NCBI RefSeq assembly: GCF_009914755.1
Contig: NC_060926.1
Source of the DNA: the human T2T-CHM13v2.0 reference genome, Homo sapiens
Strand: one strand, 5' to 3'
Length of the DNA stretch: 64,000 nt
Below are positions 37,331 to 51,607 of this stretch, in pieces. A program made the position numbers and the translations under genes. Under the pieces are notes generated by a model. That model had not been told where the DNA came from, did no database searches, and saw nothing but the letters and a program-made list of their open reading frames with translations. The number at the start of each line of letters is the position of its first letter. The stretch's first letter is position 1.

Positions 37331-38924
37331 AGACTCTATTAGTTGTACCTAAAAAAACTGCAATTTAAACTAGCTTCTACAAATAGTTACGAGTTTTTTT
37401 TTTTTTTTTGGTGCAGAGAATTCAAAGTGTTTTAAGGCCTTGTAAGCAGGTGAAACACATGATTGCAGGGCTCTCGAATATGTGGGTAATCTTTTTGGAA
37501 AAAGTATGCTTATCATGCTCCTCTTCTTTATGGTACAAATCTTGACAGTTCTCACACATTTGTTATTTTTCCAAGGAAGCTTATAATCAATCTGATAATG
37601 TCTCCAGTGTAAATTCTCTACCACTTCATTCTGAAAAGAATGAAGTGAATTTATGAGTTAGATTGGAGAATATTGACAGTTAGAATAAATATTACTATCC
37701 ATGAAAATGAAATGTGGTAGCTTTTATACTAAGTATCCTCTTGAGTACATCTGTAGAAAAGTACATATTTTTTCAAGAATTCTTCACATTTGTAATTAAC
37801 AGTATTTCAAGTGTTAATATGTTACTTGACTTTGTTACTTTCTGTATATACAAATTTACAATGCATAGGTGTTTTATATGGATCAAAATTGGAAACTTTC
37901 TCCTTTAATATATTTATGATAGAATAATAAATATTGAATATAAAATTTTCTTGTTAAAATATGTTTGGGAATTTTTAAATAAATTATAGTTAAATATTTA
38001 GTAAGTATATTATTTAGATATCATAACCTTTAATACATAGAAGTATATTAAAAATATCTTAAAGACTGGATATTGTTTTGAGTGTTTTAAACTTATTTAA
38101 ACAACAACAAAATACACTTAATTTTGTTTTGTCTTCAGGAATATTTTGTCCATGCAATATACTGTGGAAGATGTTGCCCAAGACTCTCACCATTCAATCT
38201 ACTATTTGCAGATCATATTTTTCTTTTCTATTTCTAAGTTACAGACGGTTTTATGATTCCAAATGTGTGTTTAATTTTATAAAATTTATTATTGACTGAG
38301 GTAGTCAGAATTACTTTTTAAGTTACTAACAATAATTACATTGTATCTTTCTTATTCTTTAAAGAAGAAACATTCTCGTTTATTCCCAGTCATTTCGTCT
38401 CATTGCGTAAAGTTGGAACTTCCCCATCATCAAATTCTTTAATTCTATGCAACTGAAAAACATAGTGAGTTATAGAATGTCTAAGATTGCAAGAAAGTAC
38501 TGGGGAAGTTAATTCACAAGTATGTACATTATCTGAGTCTTCATGAGTTAAGTTTTTCTGGGCAAACTTGTTCCCGACCAGCAGGGTAAAGGTGGTAGAG
38601 TGGTTGTGAAAGTGACAAGCAAGGGCTCTACAGTTTGGGGAGAATAATTTAACTCTGATTTTGGTCATATCACTTGCTTTAATCCATAGCATCAATATTA
38701 AAGCTAATATTCTGATAGCAAGAATGAAGAAAAGAGTTGTGGTATTTCTCATCAATAGCCAAAGGATTAAACATTTTTGCATTTATACATCCTATTTTTG
38801 TCAAAGTCTTTTTCTAAAAAATACAATGTAGAATTTGATGTGTTAATATATTATTTGATATTTGTAAATATTCAATTCCACTTGAAATATATCTATATTA
38901 CACTTGGAATACTTACAAATACCC

Positions 38925-39117
38925 AATAATAGGCAAATTTTTTCAATAAAGGCCCAAACATTATATATTTTAGACTTTGCAAGTCATAACTTCTCAGTTG
39001 CAACTACTCAACTGTTACAGCATATGAGTTGCTGCAGCAACTATTTAATAAAACTTTATTTACTAAAACAAGCAACAGGCTGGACTGGACTTGCAGGCTG
39101 CAATTTGATCATCCTTG
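38925..39117 (+). mobile_element. MER58A-like hAT fossil
   Basis: ggcaaatttttt...aaaggccc...gttgcaactactcaact...aataaaactttatttac. Confidence 0.7.
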
Positions 39118-39516
39118 TCTATCAATCTCTTGTGTGTTTGTATACATGTGTGTGTCTCCATCTTTAAAAAATGTTTCTATCTTAAAATACATACTGAATA
39201 ATATAATAATTATCTATTCACTGAAGTCTTCACAGATCTTACCAATAAATCCATTTTGCCCAGGACATTTTTAAAGTTTAAATTTTCACCATATTTTGCT
39301 TTCTCATGTTTATTAATCAGTAAATAATTTCTGCTACTGAGTCTATTACTTATTTATATTTTCCCCTAAGAAGTAATTTTCATTTGGATTTCTTTTGGCA
39401 TACCATTGTAATTGTTTACGAATTTTTAAATATTCATTATAATCTAATAATAACTAGATATTCATTCTCCTTTTAATATTTTTGAGGCTGCAGTTTCTTT
39501 TGTTTGTTTTGCTATA

Positions 39517-39613
39517 CAGATGGCCCTCAACTTAAAATGGTTTGACTTACAATTTTTTGACTTTAGGATGGGTTTATCAGAACATAAATCTAGGATAAGT
39601 TGAGGAGCATCTG
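39517..39613. mobile_element. MER47C-like Tigger MITE (97 bp)
   Basis: TIRs cagatggccctcaactta / taagttgaggagcatctg, TA on both sides. Confidence 0.8.
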
Positions 39614-39721
39614 TATTCATGAATAATTTCTAGTATTAATACATCATGACCAGAGATTAGGTAAGATCTACATTTCATCCGTTTTATTGTGCCTAGTACA
39701 TGACAATATTTTTTAACAATA

Positions 39722-40193
39722 TGAGAGCCTGAATATACAAACAGACCTGGTCATACTGTATATAAAAATGGAACTCTCACACACAACATTTGTAGCAACC
39801 AGACCAGAAAGTCTGTAGCACAATTTATGTAGCAATTGTCCCAAATAGGCAGGACTTGATCAATAACTGAGAATTTCCACAATCTTTGCACTCCATATCC
39901 ACTTCCAACTAGGACCAATCAGGCAAAGCCAAAAATGCTTCTGTTTTCTATCACAAATAATGTTCCACTTCCAGTTGGCCCACTCCAGCTTCCCCATGCC
40001 AACAACCTCTATTCAAGACAACTATTTGACTGAAGTATTCTTTTTTCTGCTATAAAGCTTTCCCACTCTTCTGTTTGCTTTTGAGTCTCTGCCATACACA
40101 AGAGATAGTAGCTGACTTCCTTGCTGTAAAAGCAAGCTCTGAATAAATAGCCTTTGCTTGTTTTCATTTGGGTGGTCTTCATTTATTGCCACA
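39722..40193 (+). mobile_element. Old ERV1 solo LTR (MER89/MER90-like group)
   Basis: TG...CA, TATAAA at 40051, AATAAA at 40142; resembles the minus-strand LTR at ~55.0-55.5 kb. Confidence 0.7.
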
Positions 40194-40761
40194 AATTTCG
40201 TGGATATTTGTCAGAGTTTAGAATTCTGTCAATTTCAATGTTCATATAACACAACCACATATTCATTTCTATTAATGCATATAAATACACACAAACCAAT
40301 CATATACATATGTAAATGTTAATGTGTATTCATACATGTAATCTTTTAACTATGTGAGAACACAAGAGGCCAACTGGTATCTTTCTGTCCTGTAGGATCC
40401 AGTTAGATTGCTCCAAATCTTAATTCTGTGGGCTTAGGAAGCACCGTTTCTTCTCTAGACTTCTAGAATTTCCAGGGGAAATTGAGAGAAGTCAGCTACT
40501 ATCTCTTGTGTATTCTCCTATGGAATACTTAGGCAAAGTCTCTTGTGCTTTATTTGAAGCTACTCACATAAAAAGCATTAATGAGACATGGAGACTTTAC
40601 CAAAAATTTTGTAGATCTTGTAGAGAAATACAGGGAGGAACGTGTATAACATGCTGCTAAGTAAGAGAATTTACAACTTCATATTTCTATTTGACCTTTT
40701 TAAAAATTAAATTCCCCATTCACATACCACCTTAGTGTTTCTTCTTTCCTTTCCCTCTGCC

Positions 40762-40921
40762 TTTTTTTTTTTTTTTGAGACAGGATCTGGCTCTGTCACC
40801 AAGGCTGGAGTGCAGTTGTGCAACCTTGACTCACTGACCTCTACCTCTTGAGCTCAAGCTATCCTCCCTCCTTAGCCTCCAAGTTGCTGGGATTACAGGC
40901 GCATACCATCATGCCCAGCTA
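40762..40921 (-). mobile_element. Alu right-arm monomer (FRAM or truncated AluJ)
   Basis: Poly-T, gagacaggatctggctctgtcacc...; degenerate TSD ttccctctgc / atccccctgc. Confidence 0.85.
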
Positions 40922-41584
40922 TCCCCCTGCATTTTCACTCCTCACCTGGCTCTTTTATTCAAGAAATATCCCCTTAACTGGCATTCCGCTCTGTCTGACA
41001 CCTCCTCTTAAATCTGAACACAAATAAAACCCTGAAAAAATACTCTTCAAGAAAAAGACCATTGAGTTAATGTCACCTACCCTAAACAGTTGGTGTTGAG
41101 AGAGAGGGGAGGGCACAAATTCATATATGTTTCACAAAGTCAAATAATTGTGTTACTGAAGTTTTGTATTTGATCTGTCATATTCTAAGAGGATTTCCCA
41201 CTGGACTACAGTTCTGTCAAATTATACTTGTAGTGAACATTTTTGTTTGTTTGTTTACTATGTCATTTCATACACAAAAGCAGAGGACTGCTATATGTTA
41301 ATAAATTGCACTTTTCTCATCAGTGTAAAATAGTCATATTTAAGCTATATTATACATTTTTGTTTTAAATTATATTTTGTTGTTGCTACTCTTGCATTGT
41401 TCTTGTTTGCTTCGAGATGATTGACATTTTAAAGTATGCTACACTATCTAATTTTTTCTTATTAATATAGTCTCTTTGGACTTTGATTCTAAGTTTTGAT
41501 GTTTTACTCTAATATTATATTAGTTTAGGATATTTATATCCTATTTGAGAACCAATATACAGAAGTGAATAAGAGCACAACCAC

Positions 41585-41780
41585 TACAAATTCTGTCTGA
41601 GTTTATCCCTGTTGTGCCATTTATTGAATCTAAATCTAAGTTACTTAAACTCTGTCTCAGCTTCCTTGGCTATGAAATAGGCATATAATAAATACCTTTT
41701 AGAATTTTGGAGGCAATTACATAAATTAAATATTCATACCACTGTTTGTTATTTGGTAAGTGGTATATTAAGTCTTATCT
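41585..41780 (+). mobile_element. MIR
   Basis: aagttacttaaactctgtctcagcttccttggctatgaaatagg core. Confidence 0.65.
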
Positions 41781-43346
41781 ATGATTTCTGTCCCATAAGT
41801 TTTTATTATCAAATTTTTAGCAAGAACATTTGAAGCTTTATGGGTATGGGACGGGTACAATGTAGAAGTAAATTGAGTACCAGGAGAGCTTTCATTCTTC
41901 AAATTATATTAATCTTTTAATATAAAATATCAAAATAAAGAGAGACAAACTAGTGTCTACACATAACTGCACACACCAGTTACATGCATACGTGTTTATT
42001 ATTAATTGGTTTTTTTAGTTGGTTTATTTAGAAATAAATCTGACCTGTCTCAATGATTTGGCTAGTTAATGGCTATTGACATGACTGCACAGGATACATC
42101 CAAGAAGCTCAGTTCTCAGCGAGACATCCACGCTACCATCGTAGGGGAGCATCATGTAGCACAATCAAGCAGAGAAAGGAACCATTTAATGCTATACTCA
42201 ATCTACTTCTTAAATAATTATGTTTTTGTGTATTTAATGTTTTATGATAGAAAATTCAACAAATAAAATAAAAAACAATAATTCTTAAAAATGCCATGAG
42301 TCTATCAAACTTATTCAACAAATAATATTAAATCATGGCTAATCTTGCTTCTTGCATACTTTACTTAGTTCTCCCTTTGTTTATCAAGATAAATCAAATC
42401 CCAGGCATGATATAATTTTATTCAAAGATCTTAGAATATAACTCTAATTATAAGAACTATTTCTTTAAAAATCCATTATGCAATAAAAATTATTTTTAAA
42501 TATAATCAAATATCCAATCTGTGCTCTACCATCAAATATCTGTTCAGAGATATCCAATTGACTCATATTTTAATGTTTCTTTGAGAATTCAACAATTGTG
42601 AACTAGTTATATGTGATTTAAGTCTTATTTTAATCTATAGGTCACCTATTGCTATCTTCTAACTTTTTATTTTAAAATAATTTAAAAGTTACAGAAAAGT
42701 TGCAAAAATAGTAGAGTTTTCTATGTTCTTCACCCAGTTTCCCTAATGTTCACCTCTTACATCACCATTGTGCTATTATCAAAACCAGGAAATTATCATG
42801 GGTACAATACCATCAATAAAACTCCAGATTTTCCGTCCAAGATTTATTTCAGATCCCACTTGTAGGGAGTCATCATATCACCACAGTTTCTTCCAGTTTG
42901 TAACAGCTTCTTATTCCCTCTTTGTATTTTTTGACTTTGATACGTTTCAATAAGTCATTTATTTTGGAAAATGCTCCTCAATTTGTACTTGCCTGATGTT
43001 TTCTTATAGTTAGATGAAGCTTATGATTTTTTTTGTAACAATATTGTAGAAATTATGTGCTCCTCTTAGCACAGATATCAAGGGGTAGATGGCATTGATA
43101 TGTCTTATTACTGGTAATCTTAATTTTCATCATTCAAGTGGGTGTATGCCAGTTTCCTCTATTGTAAAATTACTGTATTTTCCTTTTTTCTAATTTATCA
43201 ATATTGTGAGCTAATACTTTGAGAGACTATGTAAATATTTTGTGTCTCCTCAAACTTTAATCCATTAAAAATTATTAGTGAATATGAATGTTGCCTACTA
43301 TAACAATAAACTGTGTTATTTGCCCAATAAAATATTTATATTTTCC

Positions 43347-43649
43347 TTTTTTTTTTTTTTTTTTTTTTGAGACAAGGTCTCACTGTGCCACCTAGGCTGG
43401 AGTGCAGTGGCCTGATCTTGGCTCACTGCAACCTCCACCTCCCTGGCTAAAGTGATCCTCCCACCTCAGCCTCCCAAGTAGCTGCGACCACAGATGTGTG
43501 ACACCAAGCCTGGCTAATTTTGTATTTTTGCTACAGACAGGGTTTCATCTTGTTGCCCAGGCTGGTCTCAAAATCTTGAGCTCAAGCAATCTGCCTGCCT
43601 CAGGCTCCCAAAATGCTGGGATGACAGGAATGAGCCACCGCACCCAGTC
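43347..43649 (-). mobile_element. AluJ, full length
   Basis: Long poly-T, both arms, gagctcaagcaatctgcc; ttttcct on both flanks. Confidence 0.92.
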
Positions 43650-44066
43650 AGTTTTCCTCATTCTTTCTATTTGTATTATTGAATCACTGCCCTTTATCCA
43701 GTTTTTATTCAATTATTTATTTATATAAATATTAACTTTTAGATATTTATTTTATTCTATGGGTTACAGCCCCATAGTTCATTAACTATTTAATTCTCCA
43801 ATTATTCCAGCTTTGGCTTTTTGGAGCTCTTTCAGGTTTTCATCTGTGTTCTCTAACTCACCATAATCTATTTTCCAGTACTTCTTTACTTTCTGGCCTA
43901 GAAAGGTATTTTTGATTCATATGTATTTTTCTTGCCTCAATTCTCTGAGGAGTCCTGTTCCATTTATTTGAAGAATAGTACAGAGAAATCAGGATCTGGG
44001 CTCCAGGTATGCTCATTGTTTCTGGAGTGACATGCCTTTTTATGCCTTTCCATGGACAGAGGTAGA

Positions 44067-44071
<5 letters not shown>

Positions 44072-44097
<26 letters not shown>

Positions 44098-44119
44098 TAC
44101 ACACACACACACACACACA
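44072..44119. repeat. (CA)n microsatellite
   Basis: Direct reading. Confidence 0.95.
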
Positions 44120-45139
44120 GTTTCATTAACAGAGATAGAAAATATGTACACCCACACACAGACATACACATATACATAATATATATGTTCATATATATAT
44201 AGACAAAGTCACACATGCATGTATCTATATTTTAATGTATATATTAAAAACTATGAGTTCATACTGTTATCTCTAATTTAAATACAAAACCACAGGTTTG
44301 AGTCCAACATTTTCCCGTTTTCTTGTCATTACCGCCTTCTGTCCAAATCTGAGAAAAGTGGGTCTTATTACATTGTATTTACTTATTTTTCCAGTATTAC
44401 TAAACATATAAATCAGTTTCGGAATTGCTACACAATAACCCTGGGAGAAAAACATTTACTACTTAGAGAACAGAGTTTGTCACAGCTTATTTTGTCTAGC
44501 TTTACAACATTGAGTCAAATCATACTTTCCAAGTTACCTAAGTTAGTTCCTTGCTCTCCCATTCACTTCAGTGTGGTTTTACTAGCCATACACAGCAGTT
44601 AGGTTCATTTGTTATAATTTAAATTTTAGTTTGTTTCCACATATCCTGGTTCATTATAATGGTTCATTTATTTTTTGAGTATATAAAGAATTACTATGGT
44701 CAATAGCCAGAGCCATAAAAAAAAAAATTGATTCAGAGAAGTGTCACTTCGCCCTCGTCGCTATTATACCATTTCCATTCCCCCTTTTATTCTACCTTTT
44801 TCCTATCCATTTCCTGTAGACAACCAATTTCATTAGTATCTGCATTATCATTCCTGTTTATTGTTTTCCTTTCAATGCTTTGGAACAATTTATATACCAT
44901 TGATACCATCAGGTCTTTAAAAATTTGGTAGACTTCTCCTATAAAAACTTCTAGTCCTAGTGTTCTTTTAAACTGAGAAGTCTTTTAATAACTTTCTCTA
45001 TTTTTACATGAATATTGGCCAAAGTAAGCTTTCCAATTCTTATAAGGTCATTTTCTCTAACCTGTATTTCCCTAATCAATTAGCCATTCAATTATTAATA
45101 TACTCTATTCTTTATATTTTTTACCTCACAAATTTTTTA

Positions 45140-47345
45140 TTTCTTCTTTTCTTTTTTGTTTATGTTTTATATTTTATTTTTAAATTGACATATTATAATC
45201 ATATATTTTTATTGGGGACATAGTGATATTTCTATACATATAATGTATAGTGATCAGATCAGGGTAATTAATATATATATCACCTCAAACACTTGTCATT
45301 TCTTTGTGTTGGGACCATTCAACATCTTCCTTCTAGCTATTTGAAACCTATATAATGTATTATTATTATCTATAGTCATCCTAAAGTGGTACAGATCACT
45401 AGAACTTATTCCTCCTATGTAGCTGTAATTTGTATCTTTAAAACAAATTTCTCCCTATACTTCCTTCCCCCTCCCAGCCTCTAGTATCCTCTGTTCTACT
45501 TTTTACTTCTATAAGATCAACTTTTTAAGCTTCCTCATACCAGTGAGAACATGTGGTATTTAACTTTCTATATTTGGCTTATTTCATTCAACATAATGTC
45601 CTCCACTTTCATCCATGTTGCAGCAAATTACAGGATTTAATTCTTTTTTATCTCTGAACTATATGCAGTTGTGTATCTATACCACATTATTTTCTTTTTC
45701 TTTTTTTTTTCTTTTTTTTTTTTTTTTTTTTTTGTGACGGAGTCTCGCTCTGTCGCCCAGGCTGGAGTGCAGTGGCTCGATCTCCGCTCACTGCAAGCTC
45801 CGTCTCCGAGGTTGATTCCACTTCTTGACTATTATGAATAGTGCTGCAATAAACATGGAGGTACAGATGTCTTCAATATACTGATTTCCTTCCTTTGGAT
45901 AAATGCCTAGTAGTGAGATTGTTGGATCATATGGTAGTTCTATGTGTAGTTTTTTGAGGAAGCTCCTTACTGTTATCCATAATGACTATACTAATTTATA
46001 TCTCTACCAGTAATGTAAAAGGGTTCACTTTTCTCTGCATCCTTGCCAGCATTTCTTATTGTTGTGTTTTTGATAATAACCATCCTTTCTGCGGTGAGAT
46101 GATATGTCACTGTGGTTTGGATTTGCATTTCCCTGATGATTAGCGATGCTAAGCATTTTTAGATATATTTGTTGGCCATTTTTATGTATTATTTTGAGAA
46201 ATGTTTTTCAGACCATTTGCTCATTTTTTAAATCAGATTTTGTTTCTGTTGAGATGTTTGAATTCTTTGTATATTCTGGATATTAATCTGCTCTCAAATG
46301 AGTAGTCTGCAAATATTTCCTCCCATTTGGTAAGCTGTCATTTTACTCTGTTGGTTGTTTTCTTGCTTTTGCTGTGCAGAAGCTTCATAGTTTGATATAA
46401 TTTAATTTGTTTATTTTTGATTTTGTTGCCTCTGCTTTTGAAGTCTTATCCATACAATCTTTTCCTGACCAATGTCCTGAAGCATTTCCCCTATATTTTC
46501 TTTTAGTAATTTTATAGTTTCAAGTATTACATTTAGGTGTTTGATTCATTTTGACTTGATTTTTGTATAGGGTGAGAGGTAGAGGTCTCTTCTGACTGTG
46601 GATATCCAGTTTCCCAAGAATGATTTATTACTTTATATGTTACATAATGATATATTGCTTTATATTGCTATATATTTATTGTTCTTTCCCCAGTGAGTGT
46701 TTGTGGCACCTTTGTCAAAAATCAGTTGGCTGTAGGTATATGGATTCATTTCTTGATTTTCTATTCTCTATAGTTCCATTGGTCTCTGTGTTTGTTTTTA
46801 TGTCAACACCATGCTCTTCTGGTTACTATAGCTTTGTAAGATGTTTAGAATATCGTAGTGTGATGCTTCAAGCTCCCTTATTTTTTTTTGTTCAGGATTG
46901 TTTTGGCTATTCAGGAACTTACGTGATTTCATAAAAATTTTAGGATTTTTTTTCTATGTCTGAAGAATGTCATTGGTGTTTCAACAAGAATTGCATTAAA
47001 TCTGTAGATTACTTTGGGTCGTATGGTCATTTTAACAATATTAATTCTTCTAATCCATGAGCATGGGATGTCTTTCCATATGTTTGTATCCTCTTCCATT
47101 TCTTTCATTCGTGTTTTGAACTTTTCCTTATACAGGTCTTTTATCTTATTGGTTAAAATTATTCCTAGTATTTTATTTTTTGTAGCTATTGTAAATGGGA
47201 TTACCTTCCTGATTTCTTTTTCAGCTACTTTATTGCTCATGTACGGACATGCTACTGATTTTTGTATATTGATTTTGTATCCTGCAACTTCACTGAATCT
47301 GTTCATCAGTTATAAAATTTTTGTTAGAGTCTTTAGGTTTCTCTA
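45140..47345 (-). mobile_element. L1MA3/4-like 3' 2.2 kb
   Basis: gatcagatcagggtaatta 3'UTR; ORF2 peptide FSEVAGYKINIQKS...WKDIPCSWIRRINIVKM (46929-47306). Confidence 0.88.
45690..45813 (-). mobile_element. 5'-truncated AluY
   Basis: ~44-nt T tail, gacggagtctcgctctgtcgcc, Y-type gcaagctccg, CpGs intact. Confidence 0.9.
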
Positions 47346-47354
47346 CTTTGGGTG

Positions 47355-48111
47355 CAGTAGTCTCTCATCATTTATGGTTTTACTTTCTGTGGTTTTGGTT
47401 ACTTGATGTCAACTTCTGCCCAAAAATATTAAATAAAAAATTTCAGAAGTAAACAATTTATAAGTTTTAAATTGCTGTGCCATTCTGAGTACCATGATGA
47501 AATCTCATCAATCCCTCTCTGTCCTATTGGGAGGTGAACCATCCATTTGTCCAGTGTGTCCATACTGCATATGCTACCCACCATTAGTCACTTGGTAGCT
47601 ATCTTGGTTATCAGATCCACTGTCTTCATAACACAGTGCTTGTGTTTATATAACCCTTATTTTACTTAATTACAGCCCCAAAGTGTAAGAGAAGTGAGGT
47701 TGGCGATTTGGATATGCCAAAGAGAAGCTGTAAATGCTTCCTTTCAGTAAAAAGGTGAAAGTTCTAGACTTAAGAAAAAAATCATATACTAAGATTGCTA
47801 AGATCTAAGGTAAATTTTCACTAAGATCTATCTAAGATCTGAAGATCCATAGACAAATCTTCTATCTGTGAAACTGTGAAGAAAAAAAAGAAATTTGCAC
47901 TAGTGTTGCTGTCACACCTCAAAATTCAAATGTTACAGCCACAGTGCAAGATAAGCGCTAAGTTAAGATGAAAAAGGCATTATATTTGTTGATGGAAGAC
48001 ATGAACAGAAACGTGCTCCAATTAATGGTAAATGAGTTCAATATTATCTTTGGTTTCAGGGATCCACTGAGGATCTTGGAACACATCTTCTGCAGATCAG
48101 GGGAACTACTG
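47355..48111. mobile_element. MER44C/Tigger7-derived DNA transposon
   Basis: TIRs cagtagtctc...ggggaactactg; internal gaaactgtgaagaa...gaaatt. Confidence 0.8.
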
Positions 48112-50009
48112 CATATTGTTTTAATTTACTTTGTTGTCGTTTTGCTAGTTTTATGAGCGAAATTAAAGTCATTTATTTTTATACTTTCACTTATTTTGAT
48201 AAAAGTGTTTAGTGCTAATCACTGCTTTAAATATGTCATAGATTCTAATAGGCAGTATTATTATTTAAAAAAAATTTAAGTTTATATGTTTTGTTTTACC
48301 CAAGAGCTGTTTAATAGAATTTTTTTTATACTTACAGGTAGAAAGGCCTTTAAGTTTTTTTTTTTTCCTAATAATTTCTGGTTTTATTGCACTGTCATCA
48401 GGAGTGTTCTTTGTAATATTTTCAAATTATGGAAATTCCTGAGGTTTTGTTAACTAAAATATAATTAATTTTTGTGAATATGTCATGGACACTTGAGAAG
48501 AATGAGTAATTTATCTTCAACATGTAGAGTTAGATGTATACCCATAAGATTTTGCTTATTGGTTATATTTTTTAGCTCTTCTGCTGACTCATTCTTCCTG
48601 ATACCTATGAGGGGCAATGTGATGTTAAGGTCCATGTATATATTCCGGAATAACTAAATCAGGGTAATTAGCATATCTATCATTCACATACTTATTATTT
48701 CTTTGTGGTGAGAACATTTAAAAATCTTTTTAGCATAAAATATACATTATTATAAACTATAGTGAAAATGCTGTGCAATAGATCATTAGAACTTCTTCTT
48801 GTTGAATTGAACTTTATATCCTTTAATTAAATAAATTTTGTACCTTTTGCCTCCAACTTTGCTCTTTTTGCTCAAGATTGCTTTGGCTATTTGGGGTCTT
48901 TTGTGATTCCATAAGAATTTTAGGATTTTTTTTTTTCTGTTTCTGTGAAGAATGACATCAGAATTTTGATAGAAATTGCACTGACTATAGATTCCTTTGG
49001 TATTAAAAAGTTTATGTTTTCATATTTAATCTTATAATTTTAAATGACTGTTGACCCTTGTTTTCTTCTTTAATCTTACTATCTGGTTTATTAATTTTTA
49101 TCACTGTCTTTTAACACCCCCTATTTCTAATGCAATGAATTTATTCTATTTTGCTCTTGTCTACTCCCTTGTCATTCCATTTTTTAGTTACATTATTCCT
49201 CCTTTGTTACAACATATAATATTTATATATCAGTCTTTCGTTGCTCCATTAGTCTTCCTATTTTTCCATTTTAGTTTTAGTCTTAGGTGAATATTTTGAA
49301 TTTTAAATAGCTCTCTCTCAGTCCATTTACTAAAATTTTTCCCAGTTGTTTCTTTGGTAGATGAAGCTTATCATCTAATAGTAGATTGCTTAATAAGGGC
49401 TTAGGTATGTAGGATCCATCTCCTCCCCTGCCCCCTCTTCTCTTCTTTCCCCTCCCCTCCTTTCCCTCTCCTCCTCTCTTTCCCTTCTCTCTTCTCTCCT
49501 CTTTTCTTCTGAGTTCAATTAGTATGAACTCATGGACAGAGAGGTTAAATAACTGACCATAAATAAAGAGATTAATTAAAAAAAAATTTAAAGCAAGCCA
49601 GCTTTTTGCTAGATGCCACGCATTTAATCACTATGGTATACATGCTGTTTATATTTCACAGTCATTAACACAACATTCCTATCACACTTAATAGGTTTCC
49701 TATTCTAGCTACTCTCTGTCTAATTTGTAGGATATGAAATGTAGAAAACAATACATATATATAGTATTAGATGAGAAATAATTTTATGATTTCCAAAATC
49801 TAAAGTATTAGTAGCTGCCTTCTTCCCAGATAAAAGTAATGCGCCCCCCACACACACTTTAGGGAAAATTTATTAAGAAACAAACATAAAAAACAAAAAT
49901 AACCCCCCTCCCCCAACGCATTTAGAGTTTCTTACATCTCAAGAACAGTCATAGGCATGATAGTGGAGTGTAGGTTAGAATGGAAGTAGAGTCTTTTTAA
50001 AGAGTCAAT

Positions 50010-50316
50010 TTGCTTTGTTTTTGTTTTGAGACAGGGTCTCTTTCCCAGGCTAAAGTACAGTGGTGTATTCACAGCTCACTGCAGCCTCAAACTTCTTTGG
50101 TCAAGCAATATTTACTTTATGCCTTAGCCTCCCACATAGCTGGGACTACCGGTCTGCATCACCATGCCTGGCTAATTTTTATTTTTACGTTTATTTTTTG
50201 TAGAAAAGAGGTTTCACTATATTGTCCAGGCTGGTCGCCAGCACCTGAAGCTCCTGCCTTGAACAGGAGGATGCCAAAGTACTGGGATTACATGCGTGAG
50301 CCACCGTGCCTGGCCA
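50010..50316 (-). mobile_element. AluJ (diverged)
   Basis: cacagctcactgcagcctc, gtgagccaccgtgcctggcc; gagtca on both flanks. Confidence 0.9.
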
Positions 50317-51607
50317 GGAGTCAGATATTTAAAACCAAGTCTTAAGAGAAATATAGCATATTTAATTTATTTCTTTGTAGTCTAAGAAATCATCTAATCC
50401 TTAAGCCAGGAGAAAAATGCACTTCTATCAACTGACTTTAAGGGAGAATAAATAAGAACAAAATGTCTTTGAGATTTAGGAACTGATAATATCTAAATGG
50501 AAGTGCAGGTTCAATCAGGTGACTGGAGGATGAATCAGGATTTATCTTCTAGTGACAAGGCCCTGACAAGGGGAAGACCTGAATATGCATAACACAAAGG
50601 AGAAAGTTACACTGGGACTCTCATAAGAATATTCATGAGAGATGGCAAACCCAAAAGCAGTTCGCATGCACCAGACATTTCTATATTTAGAATGGTCAGT
50701 TCAGATGGTTGTTAATCTACTACCTATTCAGTGGCTACAGAAAAGAAGAGATTTCTTTTGACACCGAGAAACATGGGCTGGTGTGGAAACTGGTGTAAAT
50801 TTTATATCATTTTTTAAAAAGCAAATATTCATAGGAATGAATGACAAAAGTCACTAATTCATAGAAGCATCCTGCCCATTGATGAAGACTGTCTCTTTAG
50901 TCTGTTTACAATCACATTGTAATCCAAAATCTTCTAGGATGCAGGAAAACTGGATTCTTCTATTTTTCTAGGAGTTCAATTGTGGGATTTGAATCATACA
51001 TTTTGCACATCAGATAAACTGTGGGAAATTTATTTTATATTTATATTTAATTACAACCACAAAAACAAACAGACAAAAACTAAAGACGCTTTCCTGATTT
51101 TAACCAGTTTCAGAAAATATCCTAAAACCGATTTGTGTTCTGCTTTGGAGAAGTAATTAAAAAGAAAACAAAAGCATGAGTGTCACTGAGTTCCAGAGAA
51201 GTTGAGGTCCCATATTGTAGAGGAGGCTATTTTCTTTGATGTGTTTACGTATTTCTTTTCTGCAGCTACGATGTGTGTTTACAGTGTGAGTAGAAAACAG
51301 AACTTGTTCCTGACAAAATGTGGGGTAAATTGTTAAGCCTTCTAAAAATTTATTGTCCAAGCCACCAAGAGTTTAGTGAGTTATACTTAAAAAAAGTAGA
51401 CAGCAAAAAAAATTTAAAAACTCTTTTGTGAGGATCTGATTTGCTTCTTAATTTTTCCACATCTCTTAAAGAGCCAGTATAAGAAATTCCTTGTAATTTT
51501 AACTTCTTGAGACAAATTATTATGCTTTCATTTCACATAGTGAAATCTGAAGTGTTACAAGAAATTTTGCAATTTTTTTTTTTTTGCAAATGTCATGTGA
51601 TATAGGA

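Larger units (their letters stand above)
42200..49400 (-). mobile_element. Cluster of old antisense L1MC/ME fragments hosting younger insertions
   Basis: e.g. aagttacagaaaagttgcaaaaatagtagag, ttcacccagtttccctaatg, ttctggttttattgcactgtcatcagg. Confidence 0.6.

Noticed and set aside
38390-38782. 130-aa minus-strand ORF in unique DNA
   Set aside because: No recognisable domain, codon bias or splice context; consistent with a random ORF.
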